Below are positions 26,232-36,347 of a stretch of 64,000 bases of DNA, piece by piece. A model generated the notes under the pieces. The model made no database searches, was not told where the DNA came from, and saw only the letters and a program-made list of their open reading frames with translations. Source of the stretch: a virus; IMG/VR virus record IMGVR_UViG_2786546475_000019, positions 974 through 64,973 of that record; one strand, 5' to 3'. A program made the position numbers and the translations under genes. Each line of letters starts with the position of its first letter. Position 1 is the first letter of the stretch.

Positions 26232-28899
26232 CCAATACGGCCATTCTTCAAAGATTGAAATTGATTTGAATGGCATGTTATACGAACCTCTTAAAATTGG
26301 TACACTGTCTCAAACCAGTGTAAACGCCACCCGTGATGTTGCAACTATTGAAGTTGTACTTCACGGTACTATTGATATTGCTTTTGAAGCTCCGTGTGCT
26401 GTAAAGTATAACGGAGAAATTTTATTTAAGGGCATTGTTGATACTCCGATTCGGCAAGAACGAGGCGTAACCAAATTCCGAGTTATTCAACAAGTGGAAG
26501 CAGAGGAAGTTGGCTTTGCTCCAGAAGAAAGTGAACTTGACTTGATAAATGAGTTCACTCCGTGGCCTATGGGTTTCGGAAGTCCGGTATACGCTAAGAC
26601 CGTCAAGGTCCGTAAACAACCTACAACCAGCACTGAGACTAACATCTGTTTGATAAATCTTGAGCTAGTTGAACGACGCGACCAGCTTCTAGACGCAATA
26701 AATCGTGGGTTATTTATCATTAACTATTGGCGAACTGCTGCGGATAAGCAAGTCAATCCTAATGCTGAAACAACATTAAACCAATACATTGCAGTTCTCA
26801 CTACAGGAGAAGCTCAAAATATCCTCTGGGCTGAAGCTCGTAATTTGCTTCAACAACGTCAAGATGATCTGAACAAACATCCAAACGACATTGATACGCT
26901 AACTGAATTTTACAATCAGCAAGATGAAGTAGCTTCTTTAAGTGATACTATTAACGCTTTGCTTCAAAGCAAAGTAACGCTAGAGGACCATATACAGTTC
27001 CTACGCTTCATGGCTCGTATGAAGCGATATGCAGTTGATAACATGCTTAAGATTTGGAAGCAGCTTCGCATATGGACTTACGAGTATTTTGAGCTTGCGT
27101 TACAAATCTGTGAACAAGAACGGTGTGCTCAACCTGTTCATTACGTTGAAGACTCTAGGGACTTTCCTCAGAACACTGATGTTGATGTTCGGATCAATGA
27201 CTTCATTTTTACTGTCCAGTTCGACGGTAAAAAGATGACAGGTATCAGTGGCCCGAACCCTGAACAAGAGAACCTAACAGTTAGCCCACATCGAGAGGAC
27301 GATGCTCCGTGTTCCGAGTACGAGTTTTTCAACGGTGTCAACGTATTTTACACTCCCGCTATCGGCCTAGAAAATACTTGGTGTTTGGTCAAAGACACCA
27401 GCGACAATTATCACGTTATCTACGTCGAGAAGCAAGAAGATGATAAGTGCACGTTTCGAGTTGTTCCATGGTCCGGGGAGCGTTTTAAACAAGCACAGTC
27501 TCAATCTCTTGAAGCGGCAACTTTACAGTTAGCCGACGCTCCAATTTATGATATTTTAAGAGACGGAGTAAACTCGTCTCTTTACCAAAGTCAAGCGTTT
27601 AATCCTAATACATGGCTTGACCGTAAATCAGCTGACTACATTCAAGCTATCGCTCCGTTGTCAAATCCCGGACCAGACGTTCGTCGAAACATTGCTATGC
27701 TGGTCCACTTAAAGAAGTTTGATAACCTTAACGGTTTAGTGATTCCGGACCCTCAGCCTAGGGACATTTACACTATCATTGGGGAAGATATTGCTAGCAT
27801 TGAGCAAGTAGCCTCCCGTCCGTTACCTTCTTGGTATGACTATAATTTGATACCAGAAGAACTTCCTGAATTAGAAAACTGGGAAGCTCCTCCCGGCACC
27901 GAAGTCACAATGGACACTTGTGAAATTTACGCCATTAACACAATTCAATCTCAAGTTCATGGAGTTTATGCTTATTTCACGGATCGAGATAAGAAAAGTT
28001 TACGGGCCCTTCCTGAAAGTTATTATGAGATTGAGACAGAGGACTTAGGCACGTTACGTCCAACTCTTTTAAAGCTTCGGCGACCTTTGCCAAGTAATTG
28101 GGATAAAGAGATTTACGCCACCTACACGTCCAAAGTTGGACCAAACGTGGCAGATATCTTACGATACATTATCAATAAGTACACTGATAAAACACCAAAT
28201 TCGTCTTTTGATACTGTCAAAGAGTACCTCGTAAACTACCCTGCTAACTTTGTAGTGTATGATCGTCCTGACGCTCTTTCGCTGATAAATCGTATTTGTC
28301 GCGAAGCTCGCTGTGCGGTCACGTTAAGAGACGACCAGTTCCACTTGACTTACCTTTCCCGAGTTCCAGGCTCTGACGGCATTGGATTCACTTCTAGCAC
28401 TGTGTTGAAGAAATCACGCTCAGTAAGAGTTTCTAAAGTTGAAGATATTATCACTCGGTACAATGTTACGTGGACGCCGAACGGACTGCCCATTGAACCT
28501 GAGAAGCTTGTCTTGCGACATAATGTTGGCAAGTACGGGTTAAAAGATAATGACTACGATTTCCTGATTTATGACCAGTATGACTTGGTGCATAAAACAA
28601 TTAACTTCTGGTTGATTCGCAACTCAGAAATTTATCAATTTTGGAAAGGCAATTTAACAATTGGTGGCATCAACTATCAATTGCTTGATGAGCTGTCTAA
28701 TGGCGTTGGAACGGGTAGAGTACAGTCTTGGGAATACGCTCATGATACTCGGACCGTTACTGTTGAAGTAAACACTGGAATTCCTTACAACGAAGACGCG
28801 GTAAATCAATATTACTGGCCGTCTCAAATTGATGCTGAACTTATCTGGCCAAATGAAGCTGACACCACTGGAGTAACAGGAACAATCGAATGCCCGTAG
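26212..28899 (+). CDS. large distal tail / tail-tip protein
   Basis: 895 aa, downstream of the tape measure. Confidence 0.55.
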   Translation: MRNIAVNQYGHSSKIEIDLNGMLYEPLKIGTLSQTSVNATRDVATIEVVLHGTIDIAFEAPCAVKYNGEILFKGIVDTPIRQERGVTKFRVIQQVEAEEVGFAPEESELDLINEFTPWPMGFGSPVYAKTVKVRKQPTTSTETNICLINLELVERRDQLLDAINRGLFIINYWRTAADKQVNPNAETTLNQYIAVLTTGEAQNILWAEARNLLQQRQDDLNKHPNDIDTLTEFYNQQDEVASLSDTINALLQSKVTLEDHIQFLRFMARMKRYAVDNMLKIWKQLRIWTYEYFELALQICEQERCAQPVHYVEDSRDFPQNTDVDVRINDFIFTVQFDGKKMTGISGPNPEQENLTVSPHREDDAPCSEYEFFNGVNVFYTPAIGLENTWCLVKDTSDNYHVIYVEKQEDDKCTFRVVPWSGERFKQAQSQSLEAATLQLADAPIYDILRDGVNSSLYQSQAFNPNTWLDRKSADYIQAIAPLSNPGPDVRRNIAMLVHLKKFDNLNGLVIPDPQPRDIYTIIGEDIASIEQVASRPLPSWYDYNLIPEELPELENWEAPPGTEVTMDTCEIYAINTIQSQVHGVYAYFTDRDKKSLRALPESYYEIETEDLGTLRPTLLKLRRPLPSNWDKEIYATYTSKVGPNVADILRYIINKYTDKTPNSSFDTVKEYLVNYPANFVVYDRPDALSLINRICREARCAVTLRDDQFHLTYLSRVPGSDGIGFTSSTVLKKSRSVRVSKVEDIITRYNVTWTPNGLPIEPEKLVLRHNVGKYGLKDNDYDFLIYDQYDLVHKTINFWLIRNSEIYQFWKGNLTIGGINYQLLDELSNGVGTGRVQSWEYAHDTRTVTVEVNTGIPYNEDAVNQYYWPSQIDAELIWPNEADTTGVTGTIECP

Positions 28900-29705
28900 A
28901 AGACCGTAAACCTAGTGACCTGTCTGATGAATTTCCTGAACGAATTTTTCCAAATTTAAAACCGCCTGGAACTATTCGAACTGAACGAATAGGTCTCCCA
29001 AAACAAGACGCGTTCTACAACGACACTACCGAAGATCCGTACACAGATGATAGGTTGTTGTCGGAAGTTGGGGTCGTTGTTAAAAAGAACAGTAATGCCG
29101 TTTACGTAGTCCATACTCAAAATGGCGTTCAACGTACTTCGTTAGCTTTGGACCCAAATCGAGAATATCAAATTGGACGGGAAGTAGTTTTACAGCCGCC
29201 CCGATTAGAAGGGGATGACTGGCTTATCATTGGTGAGACTCGTCAACGAGAGAGTGAGTATGTAATTTGGAAAGCTCGCCATAATGGAACGTCCTATGCT
29301 TTCCAAGCTGACCCAATGAAAGAATCCCATTTGGAGCTAGACGGAGCTGACTGGAAACGATTTGCTACGGTCCTTGGCTCAACAATGACGCTACCTCCAG
29401 GTTGGTATGATATTTCAATCAACGTTAAGAGCCTAGGCAGCTCTCTGCTAGTTGTTGATATGACGCAAGTTGGTGGAGATCAAGGAAGCGACTCAGCCCC
29501 AGCTTCATGGACATATGACGTGGAACACAATGGCACGGAGCTTGCTACAGATTACGACCCTGTGAGCGGTAACATTTATAAACGTCCATCTATTGGCCAA
29601 CTAAGTGTAGCAACCAAGGGTATCTGGGCAGCAGGAGCTATTGTTTGGTGTAACGAAGCTTTGGTTGGTGGCGACTGTGACGATCTTGTAGGATGGGAAG
29701 GGTAA
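28890..29705 (+). CDS. hypothetical tail-associated protein
   Basis: 271-aa ORF overlapping its neighbours. Confidence 0.5.
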   Translation: MPVEDRKPSDLSDEFPERIFPNLKPPGTIRTERIGLPKQDAFYNDTTEDPYTDDRLLSEVGVVVKKNSNAVYVVHTQNGVQRTSLALDPNREYQIGREVVLQPPRLEGDDWLIIGETRQRESEYVIWKARHNGTSYAFQADPMKESHLELDGADWKRFATVLGSTMTLPPGWYDISINVKSLGSSLLVVDMTQVGGDQGSDSAPASWTYDVEHNGTELATDYDPVSGNIYKRPSIGQLSVATKGIWAAGAIVWCNEALVGGDCDDLVGWEG

Positions 29706-30379
29706 TGAAGAAGTCAATCGTATTGGTAGCAGTTGGCCCCATGTTCCAATTCTATCAACAGTATACTAAACGCCGCTTTGAAGCTTACGCTGATAAAATA
29801 GGAGCTGAGTTAATAGTCCTAACTGGCATCACTCAAAAGTGGTGGGGTTTAGAGAAATACCGAGTGTCTAAACTTGAACTAACTGGCCCAACAGTTTACA
29901 TTGATGTAGACGTTTTGATTCAAAGTTGGGCTAGAGACATTTTTGAACTTTATCAACCGGGGAAAGTTGGGATTTATGACGACTACCCCGAAGCTAGAGA
30001 AGCTCAACCGGGAAACGACTGGGCTCCCCGTGAATGGTCGGAAATGATGCAGTACCAACACATCGATGACCCTTTTAGGGAGCGACTTTTAAATAGCGGG
30101 GTAGTGCTTTTTGATAAAGAGACCCAACATATTTGGAACCCGCCGCCTTTTCGATTTAAGCCTAGGCATTGTGCGGAACAGTTCTGGATTGATTATCAAG
30201 TCGGTGACAACTGGTTCCCGTTGCCTAGGGAATTCAACCATCAACATTGGACTAAAAGCTTTGCTACCTCGTTTCATAAAAGCGATTTTGTGCACTTGTC
30301 CGCCTGCAAGAATCGAGAATATTGGATCGCTAAATACGAGCACCTTTTAGATAGGAGCCAACCTTATGACAACAATTGA
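29693..30379 (+). CDS. GT8-like glycosyltransferase
   Basis: VYIDVDVLI (DxD) and LLNSGVVLFDKE resemble glycosyltransferase family 8 motifs. Confidence 0.45.
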   Translation: MGRVMKKSIVLVAVGPMFQFYQQYTKRRFEAYADKIGAELIVLTGITQKWWGLEKYRVSKLELTGPTVYIDVDVLIQSWARDIFELYQPGKVGIYDDYPEAREAQPGNDWAPREWSEMMQYQHIDDPFRERLLNSGVVLFDKETQHIWNPPPFRFKPRHCAEQFWIDYQVGDNWFPLPREFNHQHWTKSFATSFHKSDFVHLSACKNREYWIAKYEHLLDRSQPYDNN

Positions 30380-30527
30380 TATTTCAGATATGACGTTTGA
30401 AATTAACTCGGATGGAAGCATCTCAATTCGATTCTTTAGCTCTACGACGTTTTCTATCAATTTGCTTGATGGAGTAGACGGCGATGAAGCAGTTGTATCT
30501 GTCACTCGAAAGAAACAAATGGATTAG
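30366..30527 (+). CDS. small hypothetical protein (53 aa)
   Basis: ATG 30366 overlaps the upstream stop; fills the gap before 30531; below the track size cutoff. Confidence 0.3.
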   Translation: MTTIDISDMTFEINSDGSISIRFFSSTTFSINLLDGVDGDEAVVSVTRKKQMD

Positions 30528-30530
30528 AAA

Positions 30531-31748
30531 ATGCCTAAATTTACGCTTCTTGATTTTGCGGAAACAGAGACTCAAAGAAAATACGTAAAAGAGTATTTAG
30601 CTGTAAGGTCAATGCAAAAAGTAGCTGATACTTTTTCAGTCAGTAGGCCCGCAGTTTCCAAGTGTTTGAAAAGAGTTCGAGCGTTAGCTATTGTTCAAGG
30701 ATGGGACCCGGACCGTGGGTTTGATAAACCTGTAGCTACTAATCAAATAGCTCACGGAATTAGTAGCTATTACAATTCCGAAGGAGTTAAAACTCAAGAA
30801 TGGGTCAAGTCTTCTCTGAATCTTGATAAACTCAAAGATTTGATGAACGCCCTAGTGGGAGAGTTTAAGAAAGATATTAAACCGATTCGTCCTACAAAGA
30901 TCCTGAAACGAGCTAAATTTTCAGAAGACGCTATTACGTTTTATTTAAAAGGAGATGCTCACTTAGGACTACTTTCCTCCAAAGAGCTTACAGGAGTAGA
31001 AAACCACACTCTGGATTTAGGGATTCAGGTTAATAAAGCAGCTACCGCCAATTTGATAGATCGAGCAGCTCCAACTAAAATTGGAGTTTTAGTGAATTTA
31101 GGAGACGTCCTACACGCTAATGATAGCTCTGGCTTGACTCCTCGGAACCGCCATAAGCTGGACACTCATCTTAATTTTACAGAAGTTGCTCGCGGTCTTA
31201 GAAAATTGCTCTTGTGGGAAGTGGCTCAAGCTTTAAGTAAACACAAAGAAGTTTGGGTAGTTAACGTGAAAGGCAATCATGACCCGGACCCTGCAATCTG
31301 GATCAACGAAATTCTTGAAACAAAATATGAGAATGAACCAAGAGTTAAAATTATTCCCAACGCTCAACCTATCATTCCTTTAGCTTTTGGGGACTCTGCT
31401 GTTTTCTTAAGGCACGGAGACAAAGCCCCTCACTCTAGGGCGTATGAAGTTATTACGTCACATGAGGAGTATTCAGAAGTTTTCTGTAACGCTCGCCCTG
31501 CAAACACCTACGTGTGGTCCGGACATATACATCATGAAACCAAGAAAGAAATTGGTAAAACTAAGATTGAAACGTTCCCAAGCTTAGCTCCAATTGATTT
31601 ACACCACGCTCAATCGTTGTACGGAGCTTCCCGTTCAATGGTAAGTATTGAGATACATGAAGAATACGGAGAGATTGCTAGACGAACTTGTAACCATCGT
31701 ATGGCTAAAGAGTTAATTCGAACTTACGCAATTACTTCGGGTATTTAA
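30531..31748 (+). CDS. HTH domain fused to a calcineurin-like metallophosphoesterase
   Basis: N-terminal MQKVADTFSVSRPAVSKCLKRVR (HTH); phosphoesterase motifs KGDAHLG, NLGDVLHAND, VKGNHD, LRHGD, SGHIHH. Confidence 0.6.
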   Translation: MPKFTLLDFAETETQRKYVKEYLAVRSMQKVADTFSVSRPAVSKCLKRVRALAIVQGWDPDRGFDKPVATNQIAHGISSYYNSEGVKTQEWVKSSLNLDKLKDLMNALVGEFKKDIKPIRPTKILKRAKFSEDAITFYLKGDAHLGLLSSKELTGVENHTLDLGIQVNKAATANLIDRAAPTKIGVLVNLGDVLHANDSSGLTPRNRHKLDTHLNFTEVARGLRKLLLWEVAQALSKHKEVWVVNVKGNHDPDPAIWINEILETKYENEPRVKIIPNAQPIIPLAFGDSAVFLRHGDKAPHSRAYEVITSHEEYSEVFCNARPANTYVWSGHIHHETKKEIGKTKIETFPSLAPIDLHHAQSLYGASRSMVSIEIHEEYGEIARRTCNHRMAKELIRTYAITSGI

Positions 31749-32255
31749 ATGATACTTCAATGGCTTTCTGATCTGCTTCAAATGTTCACGGACCTCGTTC
31801 CTCGGCCTTTGATTGTGCGGGCTGACGAGGAGCTAGTATCATTTGTCTTTGGTAAATACACTAGGAAGCTTGGGCCAGGTTGGTACATTTCTTGGCCAGC
31901 TTTTGAAGAATTAGAAGTAGTTCAAGTCAAAAGAGATTTTGTTTCTCGCCAACAGAAATTTTGTAAAAACGGCATCACTTATGCTTATTCTTGGCAAGTG
32001 CCTTACGAAATTACTGATGCCTTAAAGATGGTAGTTAACACGTACGACTACCAAGAGACAATTGCTGATTTTGTAGAAGTGTCTTTAGCGGAGTGTTGGC
32101 AAAACTTTGGACCTGCCGAAATTTGTAACCTTGAAACACAAGATAAAGTGTTTGATAAAGTTCGCGGTATTTTGGAAGAGTACGGGGTTGAAATTAAAGC
32201 GTTTCGTATCACCTCGCACTCCGAAGTAATTGCTTTATCCATTTGGGAGAAATAA
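31749..32255 (+). CDS. SPFH/band-7-like protein
   Basis: VRADEELVSFVFGKYTRKLGPGWYISWPAFEELEVVQV matches the N-terminal SPFH pattern. Confidence 0.4.
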   Translation: MILQWLSDLLQMFTDLVPRPLIVRADEELVSFVFGKYTRKLGPGWYISWPAFEELEVVQVKRDFVSRQQKFCKNGITYAYSWQVPYEITDALKMVVNTYDYQETIADFVEVSLAECWQNFGPAEICNLETQDKVFDKVRGILEEYGVEIKAFRITSHSEVIALSIWEK

Positions 32256-33403
32256 TGCCTTTTCTATTTCGTAACGGCCGCTTAGTTTATCAAGACGGCA
32301 AAGCAGTAGTTAGCGACGATACTACAGAGTGCGTCTGTTGTGATCAAATTGGAGAAGATCCTTGTACGTGTGCCGGGCTCCCTGATGCTATTTACGTCTA
32401 CGCTTACGACCGTTGGGCTTTGCAATATGATAGCTTTAGACCCATGTGGACGTGGGATGAATTCTTGTTTGAGAGGCAAACTGATACAACGTGGGAGAGC
32501 GTGGAGCTTGAAACTCTTAGGTGTGACGGAAGTAACTACTTAACGTGGGACGGCGTTGGATTGTTGCAAGGCCCGGGAAATAGTAATCTTGTTTGTGGGT
32601 GTGATCTTTTTGCAAGTCGTCAACCTTATTATGGGTATTATCGAATAGAGGAGTGCCACCCTGATTTCCAATCTTTTAACGCAACAAATCCTACTAGACC
32701 AATTCCTTGTCCTATTGAGAATCAAAATGATTTCGGGTATTCTATCAGTCGCACACTTAGCGGCTTATTCTTGGGATTTGAAGAATCGTATCTAGGGGGA
32801 GGGACTGGATACGATGGCGGCGAGAGCGGAGCCGGTAAACAATACGGCTACGGTCCATGGCAACGAACCTTGGGAAATGTTCAACGACCTGCGTTCCGGG
32901 ACCCATGTTTAGATTATCCTCCGTGGTTAGGAGCTACAGCTTACGGACCTTCGGCCTATGGAGCAGGGAGCATTGATTTTGACGAGTGTTACTCTCTTGA
33001 GTATTTAGAAGGTCCTTCTGAGACGTACCCTCAAGATTGGCAATATACTTGGGCTTTTGGTTGGAGTCAAGCGGAAGCTCCTAACATTGCCAAGTTTCTA
33101 AATTTGATAATTAAAGGCGATGGTACGCTATCTGTTATCTTCCACCGAGGCGTGCCTAATACAACTCACGCGTACGGCAAACCAATTATGTCGCCCCTGA
33201 ATCCTTTAGAAATTTGGGGAGGTACTGCTACAGGATACGACTTCAATGATAGCTCTCCACAAACTTTTGATATTGAAGTAAAGCGACATGGAATATATGT
33301 CACGCCTTTACCGATGACATACACTTTTACGATTCTTCAACAGAATCCGACAATTGATACTCCAGGCCCAACATCGATTTACACAGGGAGTTTTGAAGCA
33401 TGA
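32255..33403 (+). CDS. hypothetical protein (Cys-rich N-terminus)
   Basis: start moved to ATG 32255 (TAATG overlap); the track start at 32243 is TTG. Confidence 0.5.
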   Translation: MPFLFRNGRLVYQDGKAVVSDDTTECVCCDQIGEDPCTCAGLPDAIYVYAYDRWALQYDSFRPMWTWDEFLFERQTDTTWESVELETLRCDGSNYLTWDGVGLLQGPGNSNLVCGCDLFASRQPYYGYYRIEECHPDFQSFNATNPTRPIPCPIENQNDFGYSISRTLSGLFLGFEESYLGGGTGYDGGESGAGKQYGYGPWQRTLGNVQRPAFRDPCLDYPPWLGATAYGPSAYGAGSIDFDECYSLEYLEGPSETYPQDWQYTWAFGWSQAEAPNIAKFLNLIIKGDGTLSVIFHRGVPNTTHAYGKPIMSPLNPLEIWGGTATGYDFNDSSPQTFDIEVKRHGIYVTPLPMTYTFTILQQNPTIDTPGPTSIYTGSFEA

Positions 33404-33612
33404 GCCAAAGCCAACTTGAAGCTTACGCCAGACAACGTAAGTTTAGGCCCAAGATGGAAAATGTTCAAATTTGTGAACAGTGCGACCACTTAATACGTGA
33501 TCGCTACTGTTCCAAATTTGGCAAGTGTCCTGACGCTCAAAAAGATTTCTTTAAAGCCCTTGAACGAAGTAAATGTCCTTTAGAGAAATTTCCGTCGCAG
33601 CTCAGCGAATAG
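33400..33612 (+). CDS. small Cys-rich protein, last gene of the rightward arm
   Basis: 70 aa, CEQCDH...C...C; 3' end overlaps the convergent gene by 33 nt. Confidence 0.45.
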   Translation: MSQSQLEAYARQRKFRPKMENVQICEQCDHLIRDRYCSKFGKCPDAQKDFFKALERSKCPLEKFPSQLSE

Positions 33613-33996
33613 AATTCTAACTTGCTTAGGAGTTAACTCTAACAAACGCCCGATTTCCGAATACGTATAGTATTGAAGTCGTAAACTTACAGCCCATCGC
33701 TCCTCGACAGTTAGCCTATCTAGGTCAAACTGATCGAGGAATTCTTCTGCACTTCTTGATAATTCTTCAATATCGCCTAACGCTTCGGTATCATTGTTTG
33801 TTTGCATTTTCTTTCGACGACGGTAAGCGTCAATACCTCTCGACCGTAGTAAGGTTCTTAAGTGTGAGATGAATTTCTTTTCCTCAACTAGCTCATGATA
33901 ATTCTCCCACGCTTGTAAAAATTCCAAAGATAGCGAGCAGTCAAATTTAGTTTCAAACTCTCGCAACAAGTAAACATAATCGTCGATCCTTCGCAT
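33580..33996 (-). CDS. sigma-70 region-4-like HTH protein (minimal ECF/LuxR-type)
   Basis: LTVEERWAVSLRLQYYTYSEIGRLLELTPKQVRILFAELRRKF matches the region 4.2 pattern. Confidence 0.5.
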   Translation of the reverse strand: MRRIDDYVYLLREFETKFDCSLSLEFLQAWENYHELVEEKKFISHLRTLLRSRGIDAYRRRKKMQTNNDTEALGDIEELSRSAEEFLDQFDLDRLTVEERWAVSLRLQYYTYSEIGRLLELTPKQVRILFAELRRKFL

Positions 33997-34005
33997 GATA
34001 GTCTC

Positions 34006-34593
34006 CTACACTGCTGTTAAGTCTAGCCAACACAATTTTTTGTAAATTTTAGCAGTCAACAACGTATCATAAAGAGCGTCATGCAAACTAGCTTGATCGT
34101 AAGGAATGTCCAAAGCTTTGGCTAATGAGCTAAGCTTCACATCTGGGAACAATGGCTTATGGCCCCGAAGCTCACATCTATCATTGATAAAGTGAGCATA
34201 ATCCATGGTGTCTCTACAGAACCCGTGGAAGTGGAGTCCATAAGTTGCCGACCCATATAGTTTCTCCAACATAGGCCTATCAAAATCTTTGTAGTTGTGT
34301 CCAACTGGCAAGATTCTAGACCATTCCGCTGAGAAGTTTAACCGTTCAACCCAGTCTTCAAACGCATCCATTGCTTGGTCCTGAGTCAATCCATGGATGC
34401 TGGCTTTAGCTGCGTAGGGCGAAGTGATATTTACTTCTGGTTTTATCAACCACTGAACCGCTAGATGTTCAACAGGATCAAGATTATCATTAAGAGGAAT
34501 CATAGCAACTTGCCAGACCTCATCTAGCTCTACATCCGTTCCTGTCGTCTCAGTATCAATGCAGACTAACAAACTTCCTTTATGGTTTAACAT
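34006..34593 (-). CDS. DEDDh 3'-5' exonuclease (DnaQ-like)
   Basis: ExoI CIDTETTG, ExoII GHNYKDFDRPML, ExoIII HDALYDTL. Confidence 0.8.
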   Translation of the reverse strand: MLNHKGSLLVCIDTETTGTDVELDEVWQVAMIPLNDNLDPVEHLAVQWLIKPEVNITSPYAAKASIHGLTQDQAMDAFEDWVERLNFSAEWSRILPVGHNYKDFDRPMLEKLYGSATYGLHFHGFCRDTMDYAHFINDRCELRGHKPLFPDVKLSSLAKALDIPYDQASLHDALYDTLLTAKIYKKLCWLDLTAV

Positions 34594-35230
34594 TTTCTAG
34601 GCCCCCAGAATTAAGACCTTTGATAGACTTAGCCAGTTTTAGGGTCTTCGCAATCAAATCCTGAATGCTTCCATCATTTTCCAAAATGAAAGTTGCACGC
34701 TCCTTGAACCGTCCAACATCTTCGGAGACGTGCTCAGGTTTAGGAGGAATCTTGCCCGGACGTTCAAGATAAATTGTAACATCGAACAAATCAAACTCGT
34801 TATCAAACCTAACGTCGTCAGCCAAGAATGAATTTGACCCCATGAAATTTAAAACGCCTCGGACGTGAGCGTCCTTATTAAGCGTTCGAACAATCCCCGT
34901 CCCAAAATATTGCATCAACATTCGAGGAGTCTGCATGATAGGATGGTCCCAATGAGCCACTCGTTCAATTCCTCGAAGCGAAACTCCGCTACGTGTTTGG
35001 AAATGGAGACAAAACTTACGAATAACTCTGGGCCCGATTACTCGTTCATTGATGCGAATGCCTTTGAAGAAACTTTCAAGCCAGAAACATCGCTCCAAAC
35101 CAAAAGTCAAAGACAACGCACTTTTCAAATGTTTAGCCAACGGATGATAGTAAAGCTCTAGCTCTTGGGTAAGAACTTGAGCCACGAGACTTTTTCCACT
35201 TCCTTTGTAGCCAATGATACCTACTCTCAT
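34580..35230 (-). CDS. deoxynucleoside monophosphate kinase (T5-type)
   Basis: P-loop GYKGSGKS, RMLMQYFGTGIVR, ADDVRFDNE, ILENDGSIQDL resemble phage dNMP kinases. Confidence 0.7.
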   Translation of the reverse strand: MRVGIIGYKGSGKSLVAQVLTQELELYYHPLAKHLKSALSLTFGLERCFWLESFFKGIRINERVIGPRVIRKFCLHFQTRSGVSLRGIERVAHWDHPIMQTPRMLMQYFGTGIVRTLNKDAHVRGVLNFMGSNSFLADDVRFDNEFDLFDVTIYLERPGKIPPKPEHVSEDVGRFKERATFILENDGSIQDLIAKTLKLAKSIKGLNSGGLENVKP

Positions 35231-35655
35231 TCTTTTTCTCCTTTTTCTGGATTACCGAAACAGTTGTAACAAATACCTTCTACTAAGCAATAAGCTTCAC
35301 AATCCCCGCAATGTTCGCCAAGGTCTGTAGGAATACCATGATATTCGATAGGCTTATTGTGCTCTGTTGCGTAGTCCAACTCAGCTTGAACGCCGATTGA
35401 TTGTCTCCAACCCCACTGAGTTAGAACTATCAAAGATTCACAAAAGCTCAAATACTCTAAGTCAATCTTTTCCCAAAAGTCCCAAGTGGTGGCCACGTTG
35501 GACATATGTTTCTGAAGCTCATGACTGTGAGTAATAGGGCTGTAAACGTTGGTCCCATTCTGAACCAAACGGGCCGCGTACCTTGTGACTACTCCAAACC
35601 GATGGTCTATCATTCGAGAATCAGAGTGAGTGTAAGGGGTAGCTAAATATATCAT
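35227..35655 (-). CDS. DUF1937 / nucleoside 2-deoxyribosyltransferase-like protein with a Cys-rich tail
   Basis: MIYLATPYTHSD...VYSPITHSHEL pattern; C-terminal CGDCEAYC..CYNC. Confidence 0.45.
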   Translation of the reverse strand: MIYLATPYTHSDSRMIDHRFGVVTRYAARLVQNGTNVYSPITHSHELQKHMSNVATTWDFWEKIDLEYLSFCESLIVLTQWGWRQSIGVQAELDYATEHNKPIEYHGIPTDLGEHCGDCEAYCLVEGICYNCFGNPEKGEKE

Positions 35656-36347
35656 TTGCTTCTCCGGTTAGCTTGATAATTTGCGATTGAAAACCCACGA
35701 GGAGTCATACTACGAATCTCTTTTACGTTAGGGTGTGATCCTCCAATTTTACCATATTGCCGGGAGTATCCATCTTCTGGTATCACTTTCTTTTTAGGCG
35801 GCATCTTAAACCCGCCACCTGTCCACAGGTATGTTTCCTTCGGGTACGCGTCCCGTGGAGCAATATATTGTGGCCAAGTAGGGTGTTCATCATCTTCTGG
35901 TAAGTACCCACCGTATTCGTACGGGTGAAACTTGTAATCTGGTTTACGCCACAAAGATGATAGTCTCGATTTAGGATTCTCAATGAACCACGGACATTGC
36001 AACTCTGTGAAAACGCGACGACACCAGATAGCGTAACGTGCAGCTTTGTATTGGAAGTCTGGATCGTGGCCTTCTTTCGAGGGCCAGTGAATAATTCCAG
36101 AGACTGCCAAGTCGGTACAAACAGGGAACGCCGCCCCAAATACCACTTCCTTTCCTTGAAAAGTATCAATGATACGCCTAACTTGTTCCAGGTCGTGAAG
36201 GTCAGCCTTGTGGAAATGAATCACGTTGTCCCCGATCCGTTGTCGATGATCTACGTGCTTTATATCGTAAGCATGACATTCGTAACCTGCTCTGGCCCAA
36301 GGATGAAGTAACACCCCGGAGTGATCGTACAAGCTTAAAACTATCAT
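35652..36347 (-). CDS. C5-cytosine-methyltransferase-like protein (short, divergent)
   Basis: FPVCTDLAVSG (PC motif IV-like), FIENP (motif VI-like), RSMTPRGFSIA (motif X-like); motif I degenerate (LYDHSG). Confidence 0.4.
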   Translation of the reverse strand: MIVLSLYDHSGVLLHPWARAGYECHAYDIKHVDHRQRIGDNVIHFHKADLHDLEQVRRIIDTFQGKEVVFGAAFPVCTDLAVSGIIHWPSKEGHDPDFQYKAARYAIWCRRVFTELQCPWFIENPKSRLSSLWRKPDYKFHPYEYGGYLPEDDEHPTWPQYIAPRDAYPKETYLWTGGGFKMPPKKKVIPEDGYSRQYGKIGGSHPNVKEIRSMTPRGFSIANYQANRRSK

